This document shows, piece by piece, positions 28,188-38,333 of a stretch of 64,000 bases of DNA. The notes beneath the pieces are model-generated. The model did not search any database. It had not been told where the DNA came from and saw only the letters and a list, made by a program, of their open reading frames with translations. Numbering within the stretch: the first letter of the stretch is position 1; the number at the start of each line of letters is the position of its first letter. This DNA comes from an uncultured Acetatifactor sp. (GTDB lineage: Bacteria > Bacillota > Clostridia > Lachnospirales > Lachnospiraceae). The DNA lies in NCBI GenBank assembly GCA_947625675.1, contig CANQPH010000009.1, positions 3,896-67,895 on the forward strand. The letters are read 5' to 3'. The position numbers and the translations under genes were made by a program.

Positions 28188-29120
28188 ATGATGCAGGATA
28201 TGATGGATGCCATGGACATCGCCTTTCCCCACTTGGGGATCTATCTGGAGAACGTTCCCAAGAACTTTTCCGTTTTTGGGTTCACCATCGCCTTTTACGG
28301 GGTGATCATCGGTCTGGGAGTGCTGGCGGGCTTGCTGCTGGCGGTGCACAATGCGAAGATTTCCGGACAGAATCCCGATGATTACTGGGACTTCGCCATT
28401 TACGCCATTATTTTCTCTATCATCGGGGCCAGGATTTATTACGTGGCCTTTGAATGGGACCGGTACAAGGGGGATCTCCTCGCCATCCTCAATACCAGGA
28501 ACGGGGGGATGGCCATTTACGGGGCCGTGATCGGGGCTTTCACCACTCTGTTCATCTACTGCGCCGTGAAAAAGAAGAACCCTTTCCAGATAGGGGACAC
28601 GGCGGTCCCGGGGTTGATCCTGGGCCAGGTCATCGGACGCTGGGGCAATTTCATGAACCGGGAGGCCTTCGGGCAATATACCGACAATCTGTTCGCCATG
28701 CGGCTTCCCATGGAGGCCGTGCGCCAGAGCGACATTTCCCCTTCCATCGCCGAGCATATTCTGGAGGGAACCAATTATATCCAGGTGCATCCCACTTTTC
28801 TCTATGAATCTGTCTGGAATCTGCTGGTTCTCTGTTTGATGCTGTTCTTTTTCAAACGGAAAAAATTTCACGGGGAGATCTGCCTCCTGTATTTCGGAGG
28901 ATACGGCCTGGGCCGCTTCCTCATCGAAGGCCTGCGGACGGATCAGCTCAAGATTCCCGGCACGAATCTGGCGGTGTCCCAGGTGCTGTCCCTGTGCCTT
29001 TTCGTAGCGTCCCTGACGGCGGTGTTTGCGGTGAGGGGCCTGCTGAAAAGAGGGAAGCTGCCCAGGCTCCGGTTGGAAGGAAGTTCGGATGCCGGGGGGA
29101 AGGAAGATCAGAATTCCTGA
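28188..29120 (+). CDS. lgt: Prolipoprotein diacylglyceryl transferase
   Basis: GARIYYV, GGMAIYGA, GRWGNFMNREAFG, HPTFLYES. Confidence 0.95.
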   Translation: MMQDMMDAMDIAFPHLGIYLENVPKNFSVFGFTIAFYGVIIGLGVLAGLLLAVHNAKISGQNPDDYWDFAIYAIIFSIIGARIYYVAFEWDRYKGDLLAILNTRNGGMAIYGAVIGAFTTLFIYCAVKKKNPFQIGDTAVPGLILGQVIGRWGNFMNREAFGQYTDNLFAMRLPMEAVRQSDISPSIAEHILEGTNYIQVHPTFLYESVWNLLVLCLMLFFFKRKKFHGEICLLYFGGYGLGRFLIEGLRTDQLKIPGTNLAVSQVLSLCLFVASLTAVFAVRGLLKRGKLPRLRLEGSSDAGGKEDQNS

Positions 29121-29235
29121 ATGGCGGAAAATCATCTGAAATGATTTGAAGCGATTTGTAACATTTTGAAGAAATTAAAAAAGTTGAAGAAACTTAAAGT
29201 GATTTGTAATGATTTGAAATAACGGAAAATGACAG

Positions 29236-29287
29236 AAAATCCTCTCTGAGGGAGCGCAGGAACGCATCCTCCGGGGAGGATTTTTTT
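29236..29287 (+). terminator. Rho-independent terminator between lgt and the dcw promoter
   Basis: AAAATCCTCTC...GGGAGGATTTT followed by T's. Confidence 0.65.
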
Positions 29288-29336
29288 GCGTGAAATATTT
29301 TGAGAAATATTTCTGAAATAAATTTCATAAAACCCC

Positions 29337-29365
29337 TTGTCAAATCCTTAAGAAAGTATTAAAAT
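29337..29365 (+). promoter_or_regulatory. Sigma-A promoter of the mraZ/dcw operon
   Basis: TTGTCA-N17-TAAAAT. Confidence 0.65.
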
Positions 29366-29374
29366 GTTCACTAA

Positions 29375-29410
29375 GTGGTGATTTGTGGTTCAAAGTGGGT
29401 GAAAGTGGTT
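29375..29410 (+). promoter_or_regulatory. MraZ-binding direct repeats
   Basis: GTGG(T/G) at 29375, 29385, 29395 and 29405, an exact 10-bp period, just downstream of the -10. Confidence 0.8.
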
Positions 29411-29503
29411 CACAAAAACGGTTTTTTGCCATGAAATGCCGCAATAAATCTTCATAGTTCTGTCATAATGGTGTTACGTCACAAAAGCAAGGCGGTGATT
29501 GCG

Positions 29504-29935
29504 ATGTTCATGAATCAGTACAATCATACGGTCGATGCGAAAGGCAGGCTGATAATCCCTTCCAAATTCCGGGATGTGCTGGGAGATGAATTCGTGGTCA
29601 CGAAGGGATTGGACGGCTGTCTGTTTGTCTATGACAATGAGGATTGGAACGAATTTGCGGAAAAGCTCACCAAGCTGCCGATCATCAACGACAACGCCAG
29701 AGACTTCGCCAGATTCTTTCTGGCGGGAGCCACCAACGTGGAAGTGGACAAGCAGGGAAGGATCTTGCTCCCCGCCAATCTGCGGGAATTCGCAGGGCTG
29801 GACAAGGACGTGGTCCTGGCTGGCGTGGGGAGCCGCATCGAGATTTGGAGCAAGTCCGCCTGGGATGAAAAGAACGAAGGAACGGACATCAGCAAAATTA
29901 CGGCGGGTATGAAGGACTTGGGACTGACGATTTGA
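29504..29935 (+). CDS. mraZ: Division/cell wall cluster repressor MraZ
   Basis: Two DAKGR/DKQGRI repeats; first gene of the dcw cluster. Confidence 0.95.
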   Translation: MFMNQYNHTVDAKGRLIIPSKFRDVLGDEFVVTKGLDGCLFVYDNEDWNEFAEKLTKLPIINDNARDFARFFLAGATNVEVDKQGRILLPANLREFAGLDKDVVLAGVGSRIEIWSKSAWDEKNEGTDISKITAGMKDLGLTI

Positions 29936-30089
29936 CGCCGGGGCAGAATCTTCGATCTTGAAGCGGGAAGTTCGGATTGATTCCTGGTCCGGAAGCGGCA
30001 AAGAGAGAACCGGCAGGAAAAAGGAACCAGGAACTGGCCAAGAAGGAACCGAGAACCGGCAAGAAAGAGAAAAACGACAGGAGACCGCC

Positions 30090-31025
30090 ATGGATTTTCA
30101 ACATTATTCCGTGATGCTCCGGGAAACCATTGAGGAGCTTCAAGTCAAAGCGGACGGCATTTACGTGGACGGCACCCTGGGGGGAGGCGGACATGCCTTC
30201 GAGATATGCAGGAGACTGGGGGAGGGCCGTTTGTACGGCATCGATCAGGACGAGGACGCCATAGAGGCCGCCGGGGAAAGGCTTGCACCTTTTGGAGACA
30301 AGGTTCGGATCTTCCGGGACAACTACTGCAACATGAAGGCGCTGCTTTCCGGAGAAGGGGTTGACGGGGCGGACGGAATCCTGTTGGATTTGGGAGTTTC
30401 CTCCTATCAGCTGGATCATGGGGAACGAGGGTTTTCCTATCGCTTTGACGCCCCCCTGGATATGAGGATGGACACGAGGCAGACCCTGACGGCGGGAGAC
30501 ATCGTCAACCAGTATTCGGAGCAGCAGCTGTACCGCATGATTCGGGATTACGGAGAGGATCCCTTTGCAAAGAACATCGCCAGGCACATCGTGCAGGCCA
30601 GGGAGAGGAAACCGGTGGAGACCACCTTTGAGCTCAACGAGATCATCAAGGCGGCGGTTCCGGCCAAAATGCGGCAGAACGGGCATCCCTCCAAGCAGAC
30701 CTTCCAGGCCATCCGGATCGAATGCAACCGGGAGCTGGAGGTGCTCGAAAATTCCCTGGAGGACATGATCGAACTGCTGAAGCCGGGAGGAAGATTGTGC
30801 ATCATCACTTTCCATTCCCTGGAGGACCGGATCGTGAAATCGGCTTTTAAGAATGCGGAAAACCCCTGTACCTGCCCGCCGGAATTTCCAGTGTGCGTGT
30901 GCGGGAAAAAGCCCAAGGGCACGGTGATCACCAAAAAGCCCGTCCGGCCCGGGGAAGAGGAACTTGTGCAGAATCCCCGTTCCAAGAGCGCAAAACTGAG
31001 AGTATTTGAAAAAAAGAGCATTTAA
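30090..31025 (+). CDS. rsmH: 16S rRNA m4C1402 methyltransferase
   Basis: [52 protein letters not shown]. Confidence 0.96.
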   Translation: MDFQHYSVMLRETIEELQVKADGIYVDGTLGGGGHAFEICRRLGEGRLYGIDQDEDAIEAAGERLAPFGDKVRIFRDNYCNMKALLSGEGVDGADGILLDLGVSSYQLDHGERGFSYRFDAPLDMRMDTRQTLTAGDIVNQYSEQQLYRMIRDYGEDPFAKNIARHIVQARERKPVETTFELNEIIKAAVPAKMRQNGHPSKQTFQAIRIECNRELEVLENSLEDMIELLKPGGRLCIITFHSLEDRIVKSAFKNAENPCTCPPEFPVCVCGKKPKGTVITKKPVRPGEEELVQNPRSKSAKLRVFEKKSI

Positions 31026-31047
31026 TATTATAAAAGGAGTCAAATCC

Positions 31048-31560
31048 ATGGCCAGATATCAGAATGTATATCCTTATACCAGAACAGGAAGAGGAAACGG
31101 CGCCGCAGCCGGCGGCAGAAGGAGCACGGGGCGGAACGATTACGTCTACGGCAACGTGGCCCTGCAGCCGGATATCAGACGGCAGCTGGAGGAAGAGCCC
31201 AGGAGGAAATTGAGCAACGAAGCCAGGAAGAACCGGGACAAGGCCCATCATATGAGCCTCGGCTACGTGGCTTTTCTGGTGGCGGCTCTGTGCCTGGCGG
31301 GCCTGGTGCTGGTCAATTTCATCCAGCTTCAGTCGGAGATCACCAACATGGCGGAAACGGTGGCCGACAAGGAGCTTCAGCTGAACAGCCTGAAGGTGGA
31401 TAACGATGAAGTGCTGAACCGCATTAACGGCAGCATCAACATGGAGGAGATCCGGGAAATCGCCATCGGAGAGCTGGGGATGGTCTATGCCCAGGAGGGT
31501 CAGATCGAAAAATATTCCTTTGATGAATTTGATTATTTGAGATATGTAGGGCGGGATTAG
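31048..31560 (+). CDS. ftsL: Cell division protein FtsL-like
   Basis: Basic N-terminus, single TM helix, coiled coil and ELGMV motif; located between rsmH and the PBPs. Confidence 0.7.
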   Translation: MARYQNVYPYTRTGRGNGAAAGGRRSTGRNDYVYGNVALQPDIRRQLEEEPRRKLSNEARKNRDKAHHMSLGYVAFLVAALCLAGLVLVNFIQLQSEITNMAETVADKELQLNSLKVDNDEVLNRINGSINMEEIREIAIGELGMVYAQEGQIEKYSFDEFDYLRYVGRD

Positions 31561-31572
31561 GAGAATCGAAAC

Positions 31573-34005
31573 GTGAGCGATAGAAGAAACGGGAGAAACG
31601 TCAGACCGGCCGGGAGGGGGAAGAGCACGAGGGCCGCAGGCGCAACGAGGGAGAGGGGAACACAGCAGACGAACAAACCCAGGGCGGCGGCCCAGGGCGC
31701 CAGAAAGACGCCCGGATTTACCATAAAGATGCAAAAGAAGCTGGTGGTACTGTTTTTATGCGTACTGCTGGCTTTTGCCGGGTTATGTGTCCGAATGAGC
31801 TGGATTGTCACGGAGGACGGGGAAAAGTACGCCAAGCAGGTGCTCTCTCAAAGAGGGTATGACAGCCAGACCATTCCTTTTCGCCGGGGGGACATCGTGG
31901 ATTCCCAGGGCAACATCCTGGCCACCAGCGAGAAGGTTTATAATCTGGTGACGGATTCCACCGTCATGCTTTATTCGAAAGAGAAAGAGAGCGGACAGCC
32001 CGTGAACCTGGAACCCACCGTGGAGGCTTTGGGAAGATATTTTGGGGAGCTGGGCCTGAATGCGGACGAGGTGCGCCAATATACGGTGGATCATCCTAAT
32101 TCCGCCTGGAAGGTATGGCTGAAGCAGCTGACCTACGACCAGATCAAGGATTTCCAGGAAGAGGTGAACGCCAAGGGCAGTAAAATCAAAGGCGTTTGGT
32201 TTGAAGAGGAGTATAAGCGGAAATACCCCAACGGCTCCCTGGCCAGCGACGTGATCGGATTTACCACCCGGGACAACGTGGGCAGCTACGGCCTGGAGGA
32301 ATATTACAATGACATCCTGAACGGGACCACGGGCCGGGAATACGGATATCTGAATGAAAATTCTACCCTGGAGCGGAAGGTGAAGCCAGCCGTGGACGGA
32401 TACACCATCCACAGCACCATCGACGCCAACATCCAGAAAATCATGGAAAAATACATCAACCAGTTCATGGAGGAGCATGCCAACAAGGCCAGGACCGGGG
32501 ATGGCGCCCAGAATATCGGGGCCATCATCATGGAGCTGGATACCGGAAGGATCCTGGGCATGGCTAGTTCTTCCCAGTATGATTTGAACAACCCCAGGGA
32601 CTACAGCGTCCTTTTGGGGAACGTTTGCGTGGACGAGTACGAGAACGCCAACGGCTATATCGAGATCCGCAAGACCGGGGAGGTATTCACCGAGGAAAAG
32701 CTGGCCCAGCTCACGGATCCGAACGTGGACGAGGCCACCCGCACCGCCAACGAACATTTTTTGTATGTGAATTTGAATTATCTGTGGAAAAATTTCTGCA
32801 TTTCCGATACCTATGAGCCCGGCTCCACGGCGAAGCCCTTCACGGTGGCCGCAGCCCTGGAGACCGGCGCCATCACCGGAAATGAGTGGTATACCTGCAA
32901 CGGGGCCCTGACCAGGGGCGGCTTCACCATCAAATGCCACGGCGGCAACGGGCACGGTTCCGTCAATGTCCAGAATTCCATCGCCTGGTCCTGCAACATG
33001 GCCCTGATCCAGATAGGGGAGACCCTGGGCGTGGATGATTTCGTGAGATTTCAGCAGATTTTCAATTTCGGTCTGAAGACTAACGTGGATTTGACCGGAG
33101 AGGCCAGAACGGCCAGCCTGGTGTTCTCGGCGGACGCCATGAAGGCGGACGGCTCTGCGCTGGCCACCAACGCTTTCGGCCAGGGCTTCAACGTGACCAT
33201 GATCGAGATGATCACCGCCTACAGCGCATTGATCAACGGGGGATATTATTATGAACCCCATATGGTGGACAAGATCACCAACGCCGCCGGGGCCACCGTG
33301 GCCAGCATCGAGCCCAGGGTGTTGAAACAGGTGGTTTCGGAATCCACTTCCGAAAAACTCAGACAGTACACCAGGGCCACGGTAATGGAAGAGGGCGGCG
33401 CCAACCGGACCGGTAAAACCGCCAGGCCTGCGGGCTACGCCATCAGCGGCAAGACGGGAACGGCCCAGACCCAGCCCAGAGGAAACGGAGAATACGTGGT
33501 ATCCTTCATCGGTCACGCCCCGGCGGATGATCCCAAGATCGCCTTTTACGTGGTGGTGGACCGTGCCAACGAGGCGGTTCAGGCGGATGCCAAATATGCC
33601 ACGGGCATCGTGCGCAATATCCTAACGGAGGTTCTGCCCTATCTGCAGATCTTCATGACGGAAGAACTGTCGGATGCGGAGCGGAAGGAACTGGAAGACA
33701 GAAAGCTGGCCATTACCAACGAATACACCCAGAAGGTGGAGGACGAAGGCCTGGAGAATCCGGAGGGCGGGGAGGAAACGCCGCCGGAGTCTCAGGAGCC
33801 CGAAGAGGAACCCTGGAAAAGCTATCCCGTGGATCCGGAGACCGGTTATCTGAAGAATCCTGACACGGGAGAACTGGTGGATCCGGAGACCGGCGATATC
33901 GTCAACGCTTCCGGAGACGTCACGGACGATAATTTCGAGGCCCTGACCGGCGAGCCCATCACCCAGCCGGACGGGAACGGGGAACCGCCGGACAGCCCTA
34001 TGTAA
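31573..34005 (+). CDS. Class B penicillin-binding protein (FtsI-like) with an acidic C-terminal tail
   Basis: RGDIVD, STAK, SCN, KTGT; GTG start. Confidence 0.9.
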   Translation: MSDRRNGRNVRPAGRGKSTRAAGATRERGTQQTNKPRAAAQGARKTPGFTIKMQKKLVVLFLCVLLAFAGLCVRMSWIVTEDGEKYAKQVLSQRGYDSQTIPFRRGDIVDSQGNILATSEKVYNLVTDSTVMLYSKEKESGQPVNLEPTVEALGRYFGELGLNADEVRQYTVDHPNSAWKVWLKQLTYDQIKDFQEEVNAKGSKIKGVWFEEEYKRKYPNGSLASDVIGFTTRDNVGSYGLEEYYNDILNGTTGREYGYLNENSTLERKVKPAVDGYTIHSTIDANIQKIMEKYINQFMEEHANKARTGDGAQNIGAIIMELDTGRILGMASSSQYDLNNPRDYSVLLGNVCVDEYENANGYIEIRKTGEVFTEEKLAQLTDPNVDEATRTANEHFLYVNLNYLWKNFCISDTYEPGSTAKPFTVAAALETGAITGNEWYTCNGALTRGGFTIKCHGGNGHGSVNVQNSIAWSCNMALIQIGETLGVDDFVRFQQIFNFGLKTNVDLTGEARTASLVFSADAMKADGSALATNAFGQGFNVTMIEMITAYSALINGGYYYEPHMVDKITNAAGATVASIEPRVLKQVVSESTSEKLRQYTRATVMEEGGANRTGKTARPAGYAISGKTGTAQTQPRGNGEYVVSFIGHAPADDPKIAFYVVVDRANEAVQADAKYATGIVRNILTEVLPYLQIFMTEELSDAERKELEDRKLAITNEYTQKVEDEGLENPEGGEETPPESQEPEEEPWKSYPVDPETGYLKNPDTGELVDPETGDIVNASGDVTDDNFEALTGEPITQPDGNGEPPDSPM

Positions 34006-34131
34006 GGCGGCACCGCCGTCCGCACTGAGGACGATTCTCCCGGGACGGCGGGCATGTTTCCTTATAAATGATGGTCTAAGCTTTCCTTTTTCGGAATACA
34101 GTGTAATGATCATTGCCGGAAGGGGGCCATC

Positions 34132-35877
34132 ATGCTCACCAACAGCAATCGCATTGCACACCGGAAAAAGATCACCGTCATCACGGTGATGTTCGCCCTG
34201 TTGCTGGGGGCGCTGTTCGTCAGACTCGTCTATCTGATGATATGGAAGGCCGACTATTATGAAGAACAGGCGGTGGAGCTCCATGAAAGGGAGCGCAGCA
34301 TCAAAGCCGCCAGGGGCCGCATCCTGGATTGTAACGGCCTGGTGATAGCGGACAATAGGACGGTCTGCACGGTTTCCGTGATCCACAACCAGATCGAGGA
34401 TCCGGAACGGGTGATACAGGTTCTATGCGGGGAACTGGGACTCTCGGAGGAATTCGTGAGAGGACGGGTGGAAAAATACAGCTCCATCGAGCGCATTCGG
34501 AGCAACGTGGATAAGGAAATCGGCGACCGCATCCGGGAATATGACCTGGCGGGCGTGAAGGTGGATGAGGACTATAAGAGGTATTATCCCTTCGGGGACC
34601 TGGCCAGCAAGGTGCTGGGCTTTACCGGAGCGGACAATCAGGGCATCATCGGCCTGGAGGTGGTCTACGAGGAAACCCTGCAGGGAAAAGCGGGGAACAT
34701 CCTGACCATGACGGACGCCCGGGGCATCGAGGTGGAGGAAGCCGGGGAGCGGAGACAGGAGCCCGTAAAGGGCAAAGACCTGGTATTGAGCCTGGATATG
34801 AACATCCAGTCCTACGCCACCCAGCTGGCCCTGCAGGCCATGAAGACCAAGGAGGCGGAGAGCGTCTCCATCCTGGTCATGAATCCCCAAAACGGGGAGA
34901 TGCTGGCCATGGTCAACGTGCCGGAATTCGACCTGAACGCCCCCTACGAACTGCCGGAGGGCACTACATACGCCACCCAGGAGGAATACCAGAACCTCTT
35001 GAACGCCATGTGGCGCAACGGCTGCATCAACGACACTTACGAACCAGGTTCCACCTTCAAGATCATCACGGCGGCCGCCGGACTGGAGGAAGGGGTGGTC
35101 ACCCCGGAAAGCGCTTTCAGCTGTCCAGGCTATATCATCGTGGATGACCGGAAGATCCGGTGCCACAAGGTCGGAGGCCACGGAGGGGAGGATTTCGTCC
35201 ATGCCACCATGAATTCCTGCAACCCGGTGTTCATCACCGTGGGGCTGCGGCTGGGCGTGGACCGTTACTATAAATATTTTGAACAATTCGGTCTGAAGAA
35301 AAAGACGGGGATCGACCTTCCGGGGGAGGCCTCCACCATCATGCACGAGAAAGAGAACATGGGCAACGTGGAACTGGCCACGGTATCCTTCGGCCAGTCC
35401 TTCCAGATCACCCCCATCCAGCTGCTCACCACGGCGGCTTCCATCGTCAACGGAGGCAGGCGCATCACGCCCCACTTTGGGGTGAAGGTCCTCGGGGAGG
35501 ACGGCGGGGAGGAGATCCTGGAATATCCCGTGGAGGAAGGGATCGTTTCGGAAGAAACCTCCGCCACCCTGCGGGGGATCCTGGAGCTGGTGGTCTCGGA
35601 GGGCACCGGCAAAAACGGCAAGGTGGAGGGATTCCGGGTGGGAGGCAAGACGGCCACCAGTCAGACCCTGCCCCGGGGAAGCGGCAGATACATCGCTTCT
35701 TTTCTGGGCTTTGCGCCGGCGGAGGAGCCTCAGGTGATCGCCCTGGCCATCATCAACAATCCCCAGGGAGTTTACTACGGGGGACAGGTGGCGGCCCCCA
35801 TCGTCAGACAGCTCTATGAAAACATATTGCCGTACCTTGGAATCGCAAATGAGAAAGTTCCGGAAGCTGCAGAATGA
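34132..35877 (+). CDS. spoVD: Class B penicillin-binding protein, SpoVD-like
   Basis: RGRILD, EPGSTFK, paired Cys (CPG...IRCH), SCN, KTAT; directly upstream of mraY. Confidence 0.75.
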   Translation: MLTNSNRIAHRKKITVITVMFALLLGALFVRLVYLMIWKADYYEEQAVELHERERSIKAARGRILDCNGLVIADNRTVCTVSVIHNQIEDPERVIQVLCGELGLSEEFVRGRVEKYSSIERIRSNVDKEIGDRIREYDLAGVKVDEDYKRYYPFGDLASKVLGFTGADNQGIIGLEVVYEETLQGKAGNILTMTDARGIEVEEAGERRQEPVKGKDLVLSLDMNIQSYATQLALQAMKTKEAESVSILVMNPQNGEMLAMVNVPEFDLNAPYELPEGTTYATQEEYQNLLNAMWRNGCINDTYEPGSTFKIITAAAGLEEGVVTPESAFSCPGYIIVDDRKIRCHKVGGHGGEDFVHATMNSCNPVFITVGLRLGVDRYYKYFEQFGLKKKTGIDLPGEASTIMHEKENMGNVELATVSFGQSFQITPIQLLTTAASIVNGGRRITPHFGVKVLGEDGGEEILEYPVEEGIVSEETSATLRGILELVVSEGTGKNGKVEGFRVGGKTATSQTLPRGSGRYIASFLGFAPAEEPQVIALAIINNPQGVYYGGQVAAPIVRQLYENILPYLGIANEKVPEAAE

Positions 35878-35910
35878 CACAAACTTTTATGAAAAAATGG
35901 AAGGTGTGCT

Positions 35911-36864
35911 ATGGGCAGAATAGGTATCCTGTCGGTGATGATCTCATTTGCCTTGAGCGTAGGGCTGGGGCCGGTCGTCATCCCTTTTTTACGAAAGCTG
36001 AAAGTAGGGCAGACTGTGCGGGAGGACGGCCCCCGGACGCATTTGAAAAAAACGGGGACCCCTACTATGGGCGGCCTTTTGATCCTGGTCAGCGTGGCGG
36101 TCACCTCCCTGTTGTACTTGAAGGATTTCCCGGCCATGACGCCGGTGCTGTTTTTGACCTTCGGTTTCGGGCTCATCGGGTTCCTGGATGATTATATCAA
36201 GGTGGTGCTCCATCGCTCCATGGGGCTTAAGGCCTGGCAGAAGTTTGGAGGACAATTCCTGGTGACGGGGATTTTTGCCTATTATCTGGTACGTTACACG
36301 GAGGTGTCCCTGGCCCTGCCCATTCCCTTTTGGAAAGGACATTGCCTGGACCTCGGGGTCTGGAACCTGGCCGCTTTGTTTTTCATCGTGCTGGGGACGG
36401 CCAACGGTGCCAATTTCACGGACGGCCTGGACGGCCTGGCGGCCAGCGTGACGGTGATCATCGCCGTGTTCTTCAGCGTCATGGCCATCGGCACCGGCAG
36501 CGGGATCGCCCCCGTCACCTGTGCGGTGACCGGAGCCCTCATGGGTTTCCTGCTGTTCAACGTCCATCCCGCCAGCGTGTTCATGGGGGATACCGGTTCC
36601 CTGGCCCTGGGAGGGTTCGTGGCGGCCAGCGCTTATGTGCTGGAAATGCCTCTGTACATAGGGATTGTGGGATTGATTTACCTGGCGGAGGTGATTTCGG
36701 TCATCCTGCAGGTGACGTACTTTAAATGCAGCGGAGGAAAACGACTCCTGAAAATGGCCCCGCTGCACCATCACTTTGAATTATGCGGCTGGTCGGAGAC
36801 CAGGATCGTGGCGCTGTTCGCCATGCTGACTGCGTTGATGTGCCTGCTGGCCATGCTGGGATAG
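35911..36864 (+). CDS. mraY: Phospho-N-acetylmuramoyl-pentapeptide transferase
   Basis: KKTGTPTMGG, GFLDD, NFTDGLDGL, FMGDTGS, MAPLHHHFE. Confidence 0.97.
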   Translation: MGRIGILSVMISFALSVGLGPVVIPFLRKLKVGQTVREDGPRTHLKKTGTPTMGGLLILVSVAVTSLLYLKDFPAMTPVLFLTFGFGLIGFLDDYIKVVLHRSMGLKAWQKFGGQFLVTGIFAYYLVRYTEVSLALPIPFWKGHCLDLGVWNLAALFFIVLGTANGANFTDGLDGLAASVTVIIAVFFSVMAIGTGSGIAPVTCAVTGALMGFLLFNVHPASVFMGDTGSLALGGFVAASAYVLEMPLYIGIVGLIYLAEVISVILQVTYFKCSGGKRLLKMAPLHHHFELCGWSETRIVALFAMLTALMCLLAMLG

Positions 36865-36952
36865 AAAGTAAGCGTTCGGCGTCGCACTGATGCGCCCGCT
36901 GGCTGCGGCGGATCGTCAGGCGATACCGGAGTAAGGGAGGGAAAAAGAAAAA

Positions 36953-38314
36953 ATGTTCATGGATCAAAGATGTCTCGTGGTGGGAAGCGGAATCAGCGGC
37001 ATCGCCGCCACGGAACTGTTGGAGCGGATGGGGGCCCGGGTGCTTCTCTATGACAGCAACGAGAAGCTTATGGCGGAGGAAGTGAAGAAAAAGCTTCCCC
37101 CGGATTCCAAGGCGGAATGCGTGACGGGAGCCTTGCCGGAAAAATTGGAAGAGAAGGTGGATCAGGTGATCTTAAGCCCCGGCGTTCCTACGGACCTTCC
37201 CTGGGTGAACGCTCTGCGGGAGGCGGGAATCCCGATCCTGGGAGAAATCGAGCTGGGTTTCCTGGTGGAAAAAGGACAGGTGATCGCCATCACCGGCACC
37301 AACGGCAAGACCACCACCACCACCCTGGTGGGAGAGATCATGAAGGCCCATTTGGGCAGCGAGAAGGTCTTCGTGGTGGGCAACATCGGCAATCCCTATA
37401 CCCTGGAGGCCTCCAAAACCGCCCCGGATACCGTGACGGTGGGGGAGATCAGCTCTTTCCAGCTGGAAACCATTCATACCTTCCGGCCCAAGGTGTCCGC
37501 CATCCTGAACATCACCCCGGATCATCTGAACCGGCACCATACCATGGAGGCCTACGTGGCCGCCAAGCAGGACATCGCCCGGAACCAGACGAAGGAAGAC
37601 GTCTGCGTGCTCAACGACAACGACCCCTATACGGAAGAATTCGCCGCCCGGTGCGGCGCCAGGGTGGTGCTTTTTTCCTCCCAGAGGGAGCTGTCCGAAG
37701 GATATTTCCTGCTGGGGGACAAAATCTGTAAGGCTGAGGGAGGCTGCGTGGAGGAACTCCTGGACATTCATAAGGACATGAACCTGGTGGGAATGTGCAA
37801 CGTGGAAAACGTGATGGCGGCCATCGCCATTGCGGAGGGAATGGGAGTCCCCAGGGAGACCATTTTGCGGGTGATCGCAGCTTTCCATGCGGTGGAGCAC
37901 AGGATCGAATTCGTGGCCACCAAGAACGGGGTGGACTATTACAACGATTCCAAGGGAACCAATCCGGATGCGGCCATCCAGGGGATCCGGGCCATGAGCA
38001 AGCCCACGGTCCTCATCGGCGGAGGATATGACAAACAGAGCGAATATGACGAGTGGATCGAAAGCTTTGGCGGAAAGGTGAAGTGGCTGGTGCTCATCGG
38101 CCAGACCCGGGAGAAGATCGCCGCCTGCGCCAGGGCCCACGGTTTTGAGAAAATCAAGTTTGCGGATACCTTTGAGGAATGCCTGAAGCTGTGCACCAGC
38201 CTGGCGGAAAAAGGGGATGCGGTATTGCTTTCCCCGGCCTGCGCCAGCTGGGGGATGTTCCCCAATTATGAAGTCCGGGGAAAAATTTTCAAAGAATATG
38301 TGAACGGATTGTAA
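36953..38314 (+). CDS. murD: UDP-N-acetylmuramoyl-L-alanine--D-glutamate ligase
   Basis: SPGVP, GTNGKTTT, EISSFQLE, NDSKGTN, LLSPACAS. Confidence 0.96.
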   Translation: MFMDQRCLVVGSGISGIAATELLERMGARVLLYDSNEKLMAEEVKKKLPPDSKAECVTGALPEKLEEKVDQVILSPGVPTDLPWVNALREAGIPILGEIELGFLVEKGQVIAITGTNGKTTTTTLVGEIMKAHLGSEKVFVVGNIGNPYTLEASKTAPDTVTVGEISSFQLETIHTFRPKVSAILNITPDHLNRHHTMEAYVAAKQDIARNQTKEDVCVLNDNDPYTEEFAARCGARVVLFSSQRELSEGYFLLGDKICKAEGGCVEELLDIHKDMNLVGMCNVENVMAAIAIAEGMGVPRETILRVIAAFHAVEHRIEFVATKNGVDYYNDSKGTNPDAAIQGIRAMSKPTVLIGGGYDKQSEYDEWIESFGGKVKWLVLIGQTREKIAACARAHGFEKIKFADTFEECLKLCTSLAEKGDAVLLSPACASWGMFPNYEVRGKIFKEYVNGL

Positions 38315-38333
38315 GACATTAAGGAGAGAAAAG

